A model generated the notes under the pieces. That model was not told the origin of the DNA and searched no databases. It saw nothing but the letters and a program-made list of their open reading frames with translations. A DNA stretch of 64,000 bases. It comes from an uncultured Nitrososphaerota archaeon (GTDB lineage: Archaea > Asgardarchaeota > Njordarchaeia > Njordarchaeales > Panguiarchaeaceae). The stretch covers positions 32,650 through 96,649 of the forward strand of contig CAZWPQ010000001.1 of NCBI GenBank assembly GCA_964636085.1. Direction: 5' to 3'. Below are positions 20,296 through 30,578 of this stretch, in pieces (position 1 is the first letter of the stretch; every line of letters starts with the position of its first letter). Both the position numbers and the translations under genes were made by a program.

Positions 20296-21345
20296 ATGAA
20301 ATATTCTTGGACCAGAGTCCAAGCATTTAGACTCCCACCAATAAAAAAGAAATATAGGGATATCTGGGAAAAAATCCGTAGGGAAACAGTAAGATTAGAT
20401 CAGCTATGCGCCATTCATAGAGGATTATGGACTGGAACGCTATACGTATATGTTGTTAATGAGGAAACTATTTCTGAATATAACATTGAAAAGGCGGCAC
20501 TAAGACCGATACTGAGAGGCAAAGACATAAAACCCTTTGGGTTTAGGTGGGCGGGTTATTATGTTCTATATGCTACAGAAGCATATATACCTGACTTCCC
20601 TAAAAGATTCCCAAACGCAATGAGATGGCTTGAAAAGTATAAGCTTATCTTAGAGAGACGAGCCGCTGTATTTGCTTGGGGTAGAAGGTGGTGGGAGTTA
20701 GAGGATCCACTTGACCCTAAAGTTTTTGAAGTATCCAAAATTTTAGGCCCCCTTTTCGCACGATTCCAGAGTTTTGCACTAGATCTAAATGCGCAATATT
20801 ACGCCCTTGATTCTAGTGTTATTATTAGGAAATGGCTATGCGTTGAAGAGCAGATGCACTATGCGGAAAACTGGAAAAAGACCAATAATCACTCCTTAAA
20901 TGTGGATGAATTTATTGAAAAGGGTCGACAGGCTTGGAGGTCAATAGATAGCGACCTTGATTCCCTATACTATATTTTAGCACTCCTCAATTCAGAGGTA
21001 TTAGAGTTCTTTTTTAAACTATTCTCTCCACGTCTTGTAAAGCGCACTAGGAAGCCAAAGAAGGGCAGATGGTATTCCTATATGCCCCCATACCTTAACA
21101 TATTACCTATTAAGATCGCCGACAAACAGACAATATTGGATGTTATACGTCAGACCAAAACCATTGTTGAGGAAACCAATAAATTGTTATCTCTGGATCA
21201 ATCATCAGATGAAAAAGAAAAAAAGCAACTAGAAAGCGAGATAGGATTCCTACTTTCGGAATTGAACGAAGTTATTTTTGATATATACTCTATCGACGAT
21301 ATCGAAAGAGTCGCGATACAAAACTTCGTATATAAGAAGCGATAA
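20296..21345 (+). CDS. Stand-alone TaqI-like C-terminal specificity (TRD) domain protein
   Basis: PILRGKDIKPF, YILALLNS..LEFFFK, LPI, LNEVIFDIY; no MTase motif I or IV. Confidence 0.72.
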   Translation: MKYSWTRVQAFRLPPIKKKYRDIWEKIRRETVRLDQLCAIHRGLWTGTLYVYVVNEETISEYNIEKAALRPILRGKDIKPFGFRWAGYYVLYATEAYIPDFPKRFPNAMRWLEKYKLILERRAAVFAWGRRWWELEDPLDPKVFEVSKILGPLFARFQSFALDLNAQYYALDSSVIIRKWLCVEEQMHYAENWKKTNNHSLNVDEFIEKGRQAWRSIDSDLDSLYYILALLNSEVLEFFFKLFSPRLVKRTRKPKKGRWYSYMPPYLNILPIKIADKQTILDVIRQTKTIVEETNKLLSLDQSSDEKEKKQLESEIGFLLSELNEVIFDIYSIDDIERVAIQNFVYKKR

Positions 21346-21349
21346 GACG

Positions 21350-22267
21350 TCACAATTTCACGTATAATACTGGCATTCCTACAGCATCAATAAACTCTTT
21401 TATAAACATTGAAAACCTAAGCTCGCCCTTGAAGGCCACTCCTGCAGCCTTTTCATGACCACCTCCACCAAACTTTGATGCCAACTCATTCGCCCTGAAG
21501 TTAAAATCCCCAACCCTTATTGACACCTTCTTTCTCCCTGTGTCGGGCTCGATATAAAAACTTAGGGCTACATATCCACCCTTTTTAACGTATACTGTGG
21601 GCGCGACCCTCGATATTGCGTAAGGAATTTGTGTAGCATCGAATATCGCAACCTTAATACCCCTCTTTAGGATCTCATCAACAATGCCTACAATTTTTTT
21701 GGCTTCCATTGCTAGAGGACGTAATTCATCGAGCTTAACACAAAACTCTGGATCATCAAAAATAGCATAGCCTAGCTTAGATAATTTCTCCACGATCCAT
21801 CTTAAGACTACTTGGTCACCAACATTTGACTTAATCAATAAATCCAGCATAATTAGTTTCTCATCCATATTTCCCGAGTCAGCCCTATTGGCCATATCTA
21901 CTAACTGTTTTGAGATCTCATCATTTAAACCAAAGTATCTCGAAACTAGCTCTGCAGCCGAAATTGCAGCGGGATCTACAAGATCCCTATCCGTCAAATT
22001 ACCCGTTTTTGTGAGGTTGTAATAATTAGATTTGTGATGGTCTATATTTATGTCACAATTCTTAGGCTTTGGCAAATCAACTGATATGTTTATGTGTGAC
22101 GAAATACTTTTAACATCGGCAGGTCTTGTAAAGATAAATGTTGCATTTGGAAAAACCCTTAAGATAAGTGCAACCGACGCAATACCATCTATATCCTCTC
22201 CATGAGTGGCAACTATAATCTTATCGTCTTTATTCCACATCCCCAACATATTCGATATCCCCATCAA
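21350..22267 (-). CDS. DHH/DHHA1 phosphoesterase
   Basis: DIDG, VD, IDHH, GGGHEKAAG. Confidence 0.9.
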   Translation of the reverse strand: MMGISNMLGMWNKDDKIIVATHGEDIDGIASVALILRVFPNATFIFTRPADVKSISSHINISVDLPKPKNCDINIDHHKSNYYNLTKTGNLTDRDLVDPAAISAAELVSRYFGLNDEISKQLVDMANRADSGNMDEKLIMLDLLIKSNVGDQVVLRWIVEKLSKLGYAIFDDPEFCVKLDELRPLAMEAKKIVGIVDEILKRGIKVAIFDATQIPYAISRVAPTVYVKKGGYVALSFYIEPDTGRKKVSIRVGDFNFRANELASKFGGGGHEKAAGVAFKGELRFSMFIKEFIDAVGMPVLYVKL

Positions 22268-22340
22268 CCCTCTCTTATCTACTAAAAGAATTTATATTTT
22301 TCATCTTCATTATTCTTGAAGAATACTAGATGTGTGACCG

Positions 22341-22655
22341 ATGTTTTGTGCAAAAGTTCACAGGACCGCACAAGGGACGATTGTAGCTATTTGCGATGAG
22401 GAACTACTGGGGCAAGAATTAACTTATGGTGAGGCCAAAGTTACGGTAGCACCCGAGTTCTATTTCGAAAAGAGAATCGATTATATAGAGGCTATTGTAT
22501 TAATGCGCGAGGCTATATGTCTTAATCTCCTTGGAAATAGGATTGTGGATCTTGCCATAGAACAAGGCATTGTCCATAGGGATTCAATTATGTATTTGAC
22601 TTCCCCCAGTGGTGAAAAGATCGCATATGCTATAGTCCAATTCTTCAGTTTCTAG
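22341..22655 (+). CDS. DUF424 family protein
   Basis: VAICDEELLG, FY, NLLGNRIV. Confidence 0.85.
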   Translation: MFCAKVHRTAQGTIVAICDEELLGQELTYGEAKVTVAPEFYFEKRIDYIEAIVLMREAICLNLLGNRIVDLAIEQGIVHRDSIMYLTSPSGEKIAYAIVQFFSF

Positions 22656-23682
22656 ACTTCTTGGTTTCTCTAAAGCTTCCTTTCCAATATGGGGGATATA
22701 TGTCTTTTGGCATTAGAACCCTTATTTTTCTTGTTACCCTTCCACGAGTCATTTTGGCCAGATCGGTTCCAGATACGTCTACCTCCGCTATTGCTATGAG
22801 TTCTCCCTTTATTGAGAGCAGACTAACCGTTTCCCCCGCAACTATATCATAATCATATGCTACGACGCCAGGGGCATATAGTTGAGCACCATACGTGATC
22901 GCTCCAACTGCTTTATCACTTATTATAATCCTTTTCAAATGCATAACTCCCACCTCCGCGGGCAATATGATCCTCCTTAGTTCTGACTCATCGTCATAAT
23001 CCTTCCATAGCTTATACCCATCAACAATTTCCTGCATGATAACTGCATTTTCCTCCCTAAATATCCCCGAACTAATCCTCCTGAGATCAATCATGTGAGC
23101 ACCAACACCAAGTACATCCCCTATATCTACACACAATTTTCTGATGTAGGTACCAGCTTGACATTTTACTCTAAATAAAACGTCCCTACCGTCCATCTCT
23201 ATTAGCTCTAAGTCATATATTTTCCTAATTCTTGTTCTCCTCTTAACCGCACTTCTAAGCGGAGGTCTCTGAAATATTGCCCCTCTAAATTCCCTAAACA
23301 CCTTAACTATTCGCTCTTTATCAACATCTCCATGAAGCCGCATAACGCCTATATATTCCTTATCACTTTTAAGCCACAGTCCTCCTATAGGAGTAGCTCT
23401 GCCCAGCGCTATTGGCAGAACACCAGTTACTTTTGGATCCAACGTTCCCCCATGTGCCGCGGCTGAGCAACCCAAAATTTTGGCGATCCAGGCCGTAACT
23501 TCATGTGAGGTCATATTAGGAGGCTTATCTAGAATTATTACCCCAAACTCTAGTAGGTCTTTAATCGGCCTTTTTCTTGGATCCATCCCCCACTCTGGAT
23601 TTGTCTCTATGTTCATGACTTTCCTAACAATTGTTTCCTTCTCGAATGGATAATCTTTTGGCAGAATTTCGTCTGGAATCAT
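22645..23682 (-). CDS. cbf5: H/ACA pseudouridine synthase Cbf5
   Basis: LDKP, HGGTLDPKVTGVLP, FQRPPLRSAVKR, GTYIRKLC, PUA domain. Confidence 0.96.
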   Translation of the reverse strand: MIPDEILPKDYPFEKETIVRKVMNIETNPEWGMDPRKRPIKDLLEFGVIILDKPPNMTSHEVTAWIAKILGCSAAAHGGTLDPKVTGVLPIALGRATPIGGLWLKSDKEYIGVMRLHGDVDKERIVKVFREFRGAIFQRPPLRSAVKRRTRIRKIYDLELIEMDGRDVLFRVKCQAGTYIRKLCVDIGDVLGVGAHMIDLRRISSGIFREENAVIMQEIVDGYKLWKDYDDESELRRIILPAEVGVMHLKRIIISDKAVGAITYGAQLYAPGVVAYDYDIVAGETVSLLSIKGELIAIAEVDVSGTDLAKMTRGRVTRKIRVLMPKDIYPPYWKGSFRETKKSRN

Positions 23683-23697
23683 ACTTTTCCCCGTGAA

Positions 23698-24537
23698 CTA
23701 CTTACCCTTCGAGATCCTCATCCTTATTACAATATGATTGAATGCTGGTGAGTAACTTTTGACTAAATCCCATGAATAATCAATAACCCTTACTTTATAT
23801 TTTTCAGCATCCATTATTACTTGCCTAGCAACAAGGTTTTCACTTCCTTTCCGTGCGAGAGTGTGATAATGAATTAGCCCCTCATCTTTTACAGCTCCTA
23901 TCGCTACCTCTAACTGCCTATTTGTGGGTCTAGGAAGAAAACCCATTAGGACATGATCAGCAAAGTACTGTTTTTTATAAAAAACATTATTTAACATAAT
24001 CGGTATTACGATGTTCTGAACCCTATTCTCTACAATATTATGAACTAGGAACCTATATGCATATGGATTTATTTCTAAACAATGAATAGCCCTCGGTCTA
24101 CAATTGGTAGCTATTGGAAGAGACAAATTACCAACACATGCAAACATATCTAGAACCGTATCGTCGCTACCTACCAGATCAATAAGCTTCCTTCTCTCGG
24201 ATCTATTCCCAGGGGAGAAAGTTATCCTACTCACATCCAACCTGAAATATGTATTTAATTCCTTGTGTATGGTTATCGGATCATTGTTCCCTGCGAGATG
24301 AAAAACCTTTGGTTCTCTATATGCTCTCCTTGTCTCTCTAATGGCCCAAACAGAACGTACATCTCCCATATATTCTATTATTTTTTCTCCGATGATACCG
24401 CCATATTTATATATCCTTGGATCCAGTCGAATAATCACAATGTCACCGATTTTTGGGAATCTCGAAGGAATTAATCCCAACAACTCTGTTGGGATAATCT
24501 CACTTAACTGTTCAGCCAAGAACTTCTTTAGCGTCAT
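23698..24537 (-). CDS. taw2: Trm5/Taw2 (TYW2)-family SAM-dependent transferase
   Basis: IGDIVI, HKE, FSPGNRSER, DMFACVG, EINP, VKSYSP. Confidence 0.75.
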   Translation of the reverse strand: MTLKKFLAEQLSEIIPTELLGLIPSRFPKIGDIVIIRLDPRIYKYGGIIGEKIIEYMGDVRSVWAIRETRRAYREPKVFHLAGNNDPITIHKELNTYFRLDVSRITFSPGNRSERRKLIDLVGSDDTVLDMFACVGNLSLPIATNCRPRAIHCLEINPYAYRFLVHNIVENRVQNIVIPIMLNNVFYKKQYFADHVLMGFLPRPTNRQLEVAIGAVKDEGLIHYHTLARKGSENLVARQVIMDAEKYKVRVIDYSWDLVKSYSPAFNHIVIRMRISKGK

Positions 24538-24779
24538 TTTCGTGCAACTATAAGCAGTTTCTTTAACTCTTTAATGACCCCACGTTTATTGTTCATATTT
24601 GTTTTGGATAACCATTCGGAATAGAAAGTTATTATTCTATCCCTATTAATCCTCTTCTCAACAATACTTGATGTCCTAAAGTATGTTGATGCTGCTTTTA
24701 GTGCTTTTTGCCGGAGCTTATTATCAGTTATCCTTTTAATCAATGCTAATAGCTTTCCACGAGCTTCTGAGGGCTTCAT
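24534..24779 (-). CDS. Small basic hypothetical protein
   Basis: 81-aa ORF overlapping the next start (ATGA coupling). Confidence 0.55.
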   Translation of the reverse strand: MKPSEARGKLLALIKRITDNKLRQKALKAASTYFRTSSIVEKRINRDRIITFYSEWLSKTNMNNKRGVIKELKKLLIVARK

Positions 24780-24782
24780 GTT

Positions 24783-24840
24783 AGATCAGCGATGCCAGTC
24801 TTCTTCATTAATTCCGAGAGTGGGTTCGCCTCATCATCCC
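24783..24840 (-). ncRNA. Box C/D guide sRNA
   Basis: ATGATGA (C) - GGCGAACCCACTCT - CGGA (D') - ATGAAGA (C') - AGACTGGCATCG - CTGA (D). Confidence 0.8.
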
Positions 24841-24935
24841 AATAAAAATAGGTCTTAACATAGATAAGAAATAACTTTTTAAAGGAATGGTATAGCAACC
24901 AAAAAATTTAAATCAATTAAAGTTTCATTTGTTCT

Positions 24936-25283
24936 CTATTCTTTCTTCTCTTCCTCACCTTTTGTTTCTTCTAATTTCTTCGCCTCTTCCTCGATCTCTC
25001 TCTCAAGCTCTTCTACATCTATTTCCTCGAGCGATGGTGTCCTTACTAGGGCTATGCCCACCCAGCCAAATATTACTGCTACGAGGAGAACAGCAAGCAG
25101 TATTGGGATCCACATAAGGTAAATCAGCGGTGGTACGGGGATCACATCCAGTAATTTTGTACCGCTGTAAAACAAATTATTGATATCATCTACAACTAAT
25201 AATGCTACTGTCCCGAGTATCCATATAATCGATGTAACGAGTGCTATAAGAATGAAGATTGCTCCGTATAGTTTTTCGCCCAT
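24936..25283 (-). CDS. Small archaeal 2-TM protein with acidic tail
   Basis: GAGGTG RBS; two TM; WVGIALVRTP followed by E/K-rich tail. Confidence 0.7.
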   Translation of the reverse strand: MGEKLYGAIFILIALVTSIIWILGTVALLVVDDINNLFYSGTKLLDVIPVPPLIYLMWIPILLAVLLVAVIFGWVGIALVRTPSLEEIDVEELEREIEEEAKKLEETKGEEEKKE

Positions 25284-25319
25284 TGCTCTACACCTCAATT
25301 GTTAGACTCAAAAATTGTT

Positions 25320-26564
25320 TTATAAATATCCACTACTACTCATATAAGCCTCAATCCGCTCCAATGCTTTCTTGATTGTTTGTCCGGGGAACGAGATTGT
25401 GATCCTAATATATTTCTTGCCTACTTTTGGCACCACCTCGAATGCCGTTCCAGGTACAAGTGCGACCTTGGCCTTTTCTATAAGCTCGTCAACGAATTTA
25501 GGGGAGTCGCCATTTGGAGATTCTATAAAAGCGTATAGGGTGCCCTGGCCAGGCGAAATAAGCTTGATACCAGTCCTATTGCAGAATTTTCTCACCATTT
25601 CAAAGTTTTCCTTAAGCTTTAAATTCAATAGTTCTATTTCCTCCTTTATTTCTGGGAATATCTCTGGATCACTCGCAATTTCCCATATCCTACAGGCCAA
25701 AACATTGGGCGAAACTATTAAATATTGTTGCACCTTCATTGACGCGTCAAAGATTTCTTTATCTCTCGTAATTAGTGCTCCAACTCTTAGGCCCATAAGC
25801 GAAAATGGTTTGCTTAGAGAATCACAATCAACAATATTTCTTCCCTCATCACTTAGAAGAGAAGCCAATGGTAGTTCTATACTATCAAACCTTATTAGGT
25901 GATAAACAATATCGTGGATGAGGAAGACATTTTTGGAATCATCCACAAATTTTACGATAGTCTCCAAATCTTTTCTGCTTCTGAACGCACCCACTGGATT
26001 GAATCCAAACTGAGTATAATATATGATGTTTTTGTGGGGATTCTTTATAGCAAGCTCTTGAAGTAGCTCAATTACTTGATCTGGCCTGGGTATAAATAAC
26101 GCATCCTCATCCCCATCCAATACCACTACCTCGTATTCCCTCCCCATTATTTTTAGTGTATCCAGTGCATATATGAATGTGAGTGGATCTATCACTATTA
26201 TGTCGCCCTTCCTCACAATTGCCCCCATCGCATTGCGGATCGCACCCATCGAACCATCACTAATCATGACCTCATTGGGAGAGAATTCCACCCCATACCA
26301 TAGCCTATAGAACCATTTTGACACTTTTTCCCTTGCGTCGTATGTTCCTAGTGAAGGCGCATAAACAAGTGGTTCTACCCGACGTCTATATAGCATCTCG
26401 ATTCTTTTGATTACCACAGTCGGATTGCCGATATAGTTTTGACCCATCGTAAGATTTATAATTTTCTTATCAGGAGGGAGTTGCTTATTCATCAGCATTA
26501 CTTTTTCCGCTATTAGTCTTATAACAGAATATTTGATCTGGGATAATACATGATATGTTTTCAT
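25320..26564 (-). CDS. PLP-dependent class I/II aminotransferase
   Basis: NPVG, DIVY, SLSK(PLP)PFSLMGLRVG, VPGTAF, YIRI. Confidence 0.92.
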   Translation of the reverse strand: MKTYHVLSQIKYSVIRLIAEKVMLMNKQLPPDKKIINLTMGQNYIGNPTVVIKRIEMLYRRRVEPLVYAPSLGTYDAREKVSKWFYRLWYGVEFSPNEVMISDGSMGAIRNAMGAIVRKGDIIVIDPLTFIYALDTLKIMGREYEVVVLDGDEDALFIPRPDQVIELLQELAIKNPHKNIIYYTQFGFNPVGAFRSRKDLETIVKFVDDSKNVFLIHDIVYHLIRFDSIELPLASLLSDEGRNIVDCDSLSKPFSLMGLRVGALITRDKEIFDASMKVQQYLIVSPNVLACRIWEIASDPEIFPEIKEEIELLNLKLKENFEMVRKFCNRTGIKLISPGQGTLYAFIESPNGDSPKFVDELIEKAKVALVPGTAFEVVPKVGKKYIRITISFPGQTIKKALERIEAYMSSSGYL

Positions 26565-26636
26565 TTCCTTCCCTACACCTAACCAAAAATGTAGAATATT
26601 AAGATTTAGTATTTTCATAGCGGATCGATGTGATTA

Positions 26637-27398
26637 ATGATGCCCACGAAGATAGAGAATATCATCTTTAATATCAACAATTTCAAAAACCGTAAGAAAA
26701 TCATGTTGGAGAAATTAAAACATGCTATCCAGAACAATGAAGTTGATACCGACATTTTACCACACCTAGATATTCTAAACAGCCTCCCATTTTGCTTTAC
26801 CACATCGTCATGCTCAGGACGCATCGCTTTAATCGATGCTCCACTTGTTGGCCCCAAGTATGAGAGCAAAAAAGCGTTCAGGTGGCACTCAATGATCGAT
26901 CTAAATAGCGTCTGGGAAGCCATAAATTCGTATAAACCCTCCCACATACTCTGGCTAAAATTTGACTCCTTCATCATTTCGTTCTCTGTATCATCCATTA
27001 CTTGGGCCATGTTCTTCATAAAGCTAGCCAGGTATATTAATCTAAAGGACTCAGGGATTCGATCAATAAATCCACAGGCGGGGTTTGTAAATATGGATTT
27101 TATGAGTACAGAAAAAATATCTGCCCCGATAAAGACTCCTAGTTCTCTACTTGTGAGCTATGAGACACTTAGCAATATTTTAGATATAGCCAACTTCTTG
27201 ATGATAAAGAATAGAATAAAACTCAACATGCTGAGAGATTGTTTAGAATTAATTAAGCAACATATATCAGATGAACATATGACACCTCCAAGACTCCAGA
27301 TATTCCAACCCATAGTTAAAAAATATCGAGCCAAAATTGAAGAATTGAGAAACAACGAAATATTCGTCAAATACGAATACAGTAACATCAGAGAATAA
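26637..27398 (+). CDS. taw3: tRNA wyosine methyltransferase Taw3/TYW3
   Basis: VDTDI, TTSSCSGRI, RWH, SGIRS. Confidence 0.88.
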   Translation: MMPTKIENIIFNINNFKNRKKIMLEKLKHAIQNNEVDTDILPHLDILNSLPFCFTTSSCSGRIALIDAPLVGPKYESKKAFRWHSMIDLNSVWEAINSYKPSHILWLKFDSFIISFSVSSITWAMFFIKLARYINLKDSGIRSINPQAGFVNMDFMSTEKISAPIKTPSSLLVSYETLSNILDIANFLMIKNRIKLNMLRDCLELIKQHISDEHMTPPRLQIFQPIVKKYRAKIEELRNNEIFVKYEYSNIRE

Positions 27399-28497
27399 TT
27401 TTGTGGATCTCATCATGTCTAATGATACCTTTCTCCGTTATAAATCCAGTTATAAGCCTTGAAGGAGTTATATCAAAAACAGGGTTCCTAGCTCTTACAT
27501 TAGGAGGAGTTATCCTAACCTCTCCTATTTCGCCATTCTCCATGACCCCCCTAACATAATGCACCTCTCTCTCTGAGCGTTCCTCTATTAGTATATCCTT
27601 CCCGCTTCTAGCGTTTGGGTCGATTGTCGAGGTCGGTGCAGCCACATAAAAGGGGATTCCGTTATCTCTGGCCGCTAGAGCCAACTTATATGTTCCAATC
27701 TTATTTGCAGTATCGCCATTCATTGCTATTCTATCGGCACCAACTATCACAATATCAATTTCTCCCTTCCACATGAGATATCCCGCTGCATTATCTGTAA
27801 TCACACAGACATCTATGCCTTGTTGCTGAACTTCCCATGCAGTGATTCTAGCACCCTGCAACCATGGCCTCGTTTCGGTTACGAATACAGTAACATTCTT
27901 GCCCCTCTCGTGAGCATAATATATTGGTGCTGTTGCTGTCCCTATATCCACTGCGGCTAGCGCGCCAGCATTGCAATGCGTTAATACTCTCGCACCATTC
28001 TTTATTATTTTCTCGCCAAACTCACCGATTTTCCTATTACACTCAAGACTCTTTTCTATATAGTCATCTATGAATTCCTTTACATAAATCCTTAGTTTAT
28101 CCCCTCGTATTCCCTTATCAAAGCAATTCATAGCATATTTTTTAACCTTATTAATTGCATGAAATAGATTATGGGCTGTTGGTCTTGCTTCGCTAAGATA
28201 CTTTACTCCTTCCTCCAACTTTTTTTTGAAATCAGAAACCCTTATTGCTTCTAGAACAACTTGGTACATACCCAATGCTGCTGTTGCGCCTATTGTAGGG
28301 GCTCCTCTCACAACGAAGTTTTTTATTGCATAAAATGTGTCTCTTATATTACCGCTTTCATAGAACTCTAGCCTCCATGGTATGTATCGTTGATCTATCA
28401 TTTTTATTATCGCCCTCTCCTCGTCCTCCAACCATACAGCCCTTACATTGAACTCCTTATCTCCTATCCTTATCCTCATCTCCTTTCCCTCATTCAT
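27388..28497 (-). CDS. mtnA: Methylthioribose-1-phosphate isomerase (eIF2B-like family)
   Basis: DQRYIP, VRGAP, RPTA, LTHCNAGALA, ETRPWLQGARIT, ANKIGTY, NPVFDITP. Confidence 0.93.
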   Translation of the reverse strand: MNEGKEMRIRIGDKEFNVRAVWLEDEERAIIKMIDQRYIPWRLEFYESGNIRDTFYAIKNFVVRGAPTIGATAALGMYQVVLEAIRVSDFKKKLEEGVKYLSEARPTAHNLFHAINKVKKYAMNCFDKGIRGDKLRIYVKEFIDDYIEKSLECNRKIGEFGEKIIKNGARVLTHCNAGALAAVDIGTATAPIYYAHERGKNVTVFVTETRPWLQGARITAWEVQQQGIDVCVITDNAAGYLMWKGEIDIVIVGADRIAMNGDTANKIGTYKLALAARDNGIPFYVAAPTSTIDPNARSGKDILIEERSEREVHYVRGVMENGEIGEVRITPPNVRARNPVFDITPSRLITGFITEKGIIRHDEIHKIIL

Positions 28498-28550
28498 ATA
28501 ATCTAATACGGAGAAAAAAATGAGATCTTAACTGAGGTTAACACGTGCAC

Positions 28551-30476
28551 TTATGATTGAAGAAAATTTATCGCTTCATTTAGTATTCTCCGCAACATAT
28601 ACTCGTGTCTGTAGGGCTCATATGTCTGCCATGGAACCCTTGGAAAATAGTTCGAATATTTGGAGAATCTTCTATCTAGGATAAATACAACACCCTTGTC
28701 ATCTTTACACCTTATTAGTCGGCCAGCTGCCTGGATTATCGCCCTAACCATAGGGGCTATCGTTGTTAGAAAAATCGCCACAAATCTATCACCAAAACGT
28801 TTCTCAAAATACTCCTGCTTTTTACGTAGTACTATACTATATTCGGGAAACGGTAATCCAGCAACTATCACTGCCTGCAATATTGTCTTACCCCCGATTC
28901 TGTAGTCTATTCCCTCGGCAAGCTTTCCACCAGAAACGCTTAGAATAACTGCTCCTGGATTATCCGATAGGAAGAATTTAACTTCATTTATGCGGGTCTT
29001 TCGATGTTCTATTATGTATCCCCTGTTGGATATGTTCATCCTACTCGAAACCTCCTTTTGGATAGAATAGCTAGGAAAAACCACCAGTATTGCTTTGTCC
29101 CTAGGTAGTCCTTCAACTATTAGTTCTATTCTCCTTGCGTAAAGACTATACATGTCGGGGGTTCTTTCCTCATATCTTGATGTTAATGCGACATCAACAT
29201 ATACCCTCATAGATTCCCTAGGGAAGGGGCTTGGAAAAACAGCGGTTGTGGTTCTCTCATATATACCAGGTTCTGATAGTCCTAAAGTTATTTTGTAATA
29301 TTCAAGTGGATGCAAGCTTCCAGACATCAATATTGCGGCTTTTACTTTTTTGAAAACTTCCACTGCTTGACTAGATGGGTCAAGTAGATTAAGTTTAATG
29401 GTATAGTGATATCCTAAACGCCGACTGTAGCTTTGTTCCCCCGTGCATACATATAAGTCAATCCTGTAATTATTAACATAGTAATCTACAAAATCTACAA
29501 ACTTTAGCAAGCTATATGCCAAATCAGGATCCGTTTCCATTAGTTCTTGGGATATATCAACAATGCTATCTAGTTCATTCAAATCGATGGAGCCTATAGC
29601 CTCGGATATATCCATCTCTAATATTTTTTTGTTTTCAGCCCCTATAGATGTCCTAACTTGATCGAGAAAATCCTCAAGAATCCCCGATATATTTTCCAGT
29701 ATCTCATTTCTTGGCAACCTTTTTATTTTTCTTACAGCTAGCTCTATTGACCCCAAATTCATGGATTTTACGTGCTGGTTCTCTATGAAGCTAGGTAGAT
29801 TATGTGCCTCATCGACAACCAACACTATGTCCTCTAGTGTACTATCTAACCCTGACAAAAACGCCTCGCGTATTTTTGGATTAAAAACGTATGAATATGT
29901 TCCCACGACAATATTGGCTTTCCTTGCCAAGAATCTAGCTAGCTCGTAGGGACATATCCTATTCCTTATGCCGACCCTTATGATTCTAGATAAAATTGCC
30001 CCTCTTGATAGGACCATGTATGCCGACTTTGTTAAAATATCGGTAAATTCCCCGTCCACTATACTCCTTTTGTAATATGGACATTTTCCATCCCTCTTCA
30101 ATTTTTCACATATCCTGATAAACACAGTATATGGAAGACTCCTAATCTTCTCACTTTTGCTGGCAATAGCGCAGAGCTCCTGCTTAGACCTAATAAATAC
30201 ATAATCTACCCTCCCTATTTTACTCTTAATACGACTCAACTCCCTTGCATAGATACTTGACTGATTCCTCGTCCTCGTCAAAATAAGCAACTTATCCCTC
30301 GGCTCTAGGAGATACGCCGTCAGAATGGATACTGTCTTGCCCAATCCCGTTGGAGCGTATACCACTGCTATTTTGTCGCTAGTAAAAGAATTATACATAT
30401 ACTCTATAAGATTTCTTTGATACGGTCTGAATTCCTCATAGGGAAATATTTCTTCTAGCGTCCTCACACAAAACAC
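28551..30476 (-). CDS. xpd: XPD/Rad3-like Fe-S DNA helicase
   Basis: APTGLGKT, Fe-S cysteines including CPYE, DEAHN, EGID, QAAGRLIR. Confidence 0.9.
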   Translation of the reverse strand: MFCVRTLEEIFPYEEFRPYQRNLIEYMYNSFTSDKIAVVYAPTGLGKTVSILTAYLLEPRDKLLILTRTRNQSSIYARELSRIKSKIGRVDYVFIRSKQELCAIASKSEKIRSLPYTVFIRICEKLKRDGKCPYYKRSIVDGEFTDILTKSAYMVLSRGAILSRIIRVGIRNRICPYELARFLARKANIVVGTYSYVFNPKIREAFLSGLDSTLEDIVLVVDEAHNLPSFIENQHVKSMNLGSIELAVRKIKRLPRNEILENISGILEDFLDQVRTSIGAENKKILEMDISEAIGSIDLNELDSIVDISQELMETDPDLAYSLLKFVDFVDYYVNNYRIDLYVCTGEQSYSRRLGYHYTIKLNLLDPSSQAVEVFKKVKAAILMSGSLHPLEYYKITLGLSEPGIYERTTTAVFPSPFPRESMRVYVDVALTSRYEERTPDMYSLYARRIELIVEGLPRDKAILVVFPSYSIQKEVSSRMNISNRGYIIEHRKTRINEVKFFLSDNPGAVILSVSGGKLAEGIDYRIGGKTILQAVIVAGLPFPEYSIVLRKKQEYFEKRFGDRFVAIFLTTIAPMVRAIIQAAGRLIRCKDDKGVVFILDRRFSKYSNYFPRVPWQTYEPYRHEYMLRRILNEAINFLQS

Positions 30477-30578
30477 AAGTTCGATCTGAACAAGATTATC
30501 ATATATTTATGAATAAAAATTTTTGATGTTTAGATTTGATATTAATATTTTGTACACTCCATGTCATAGGATATCATA

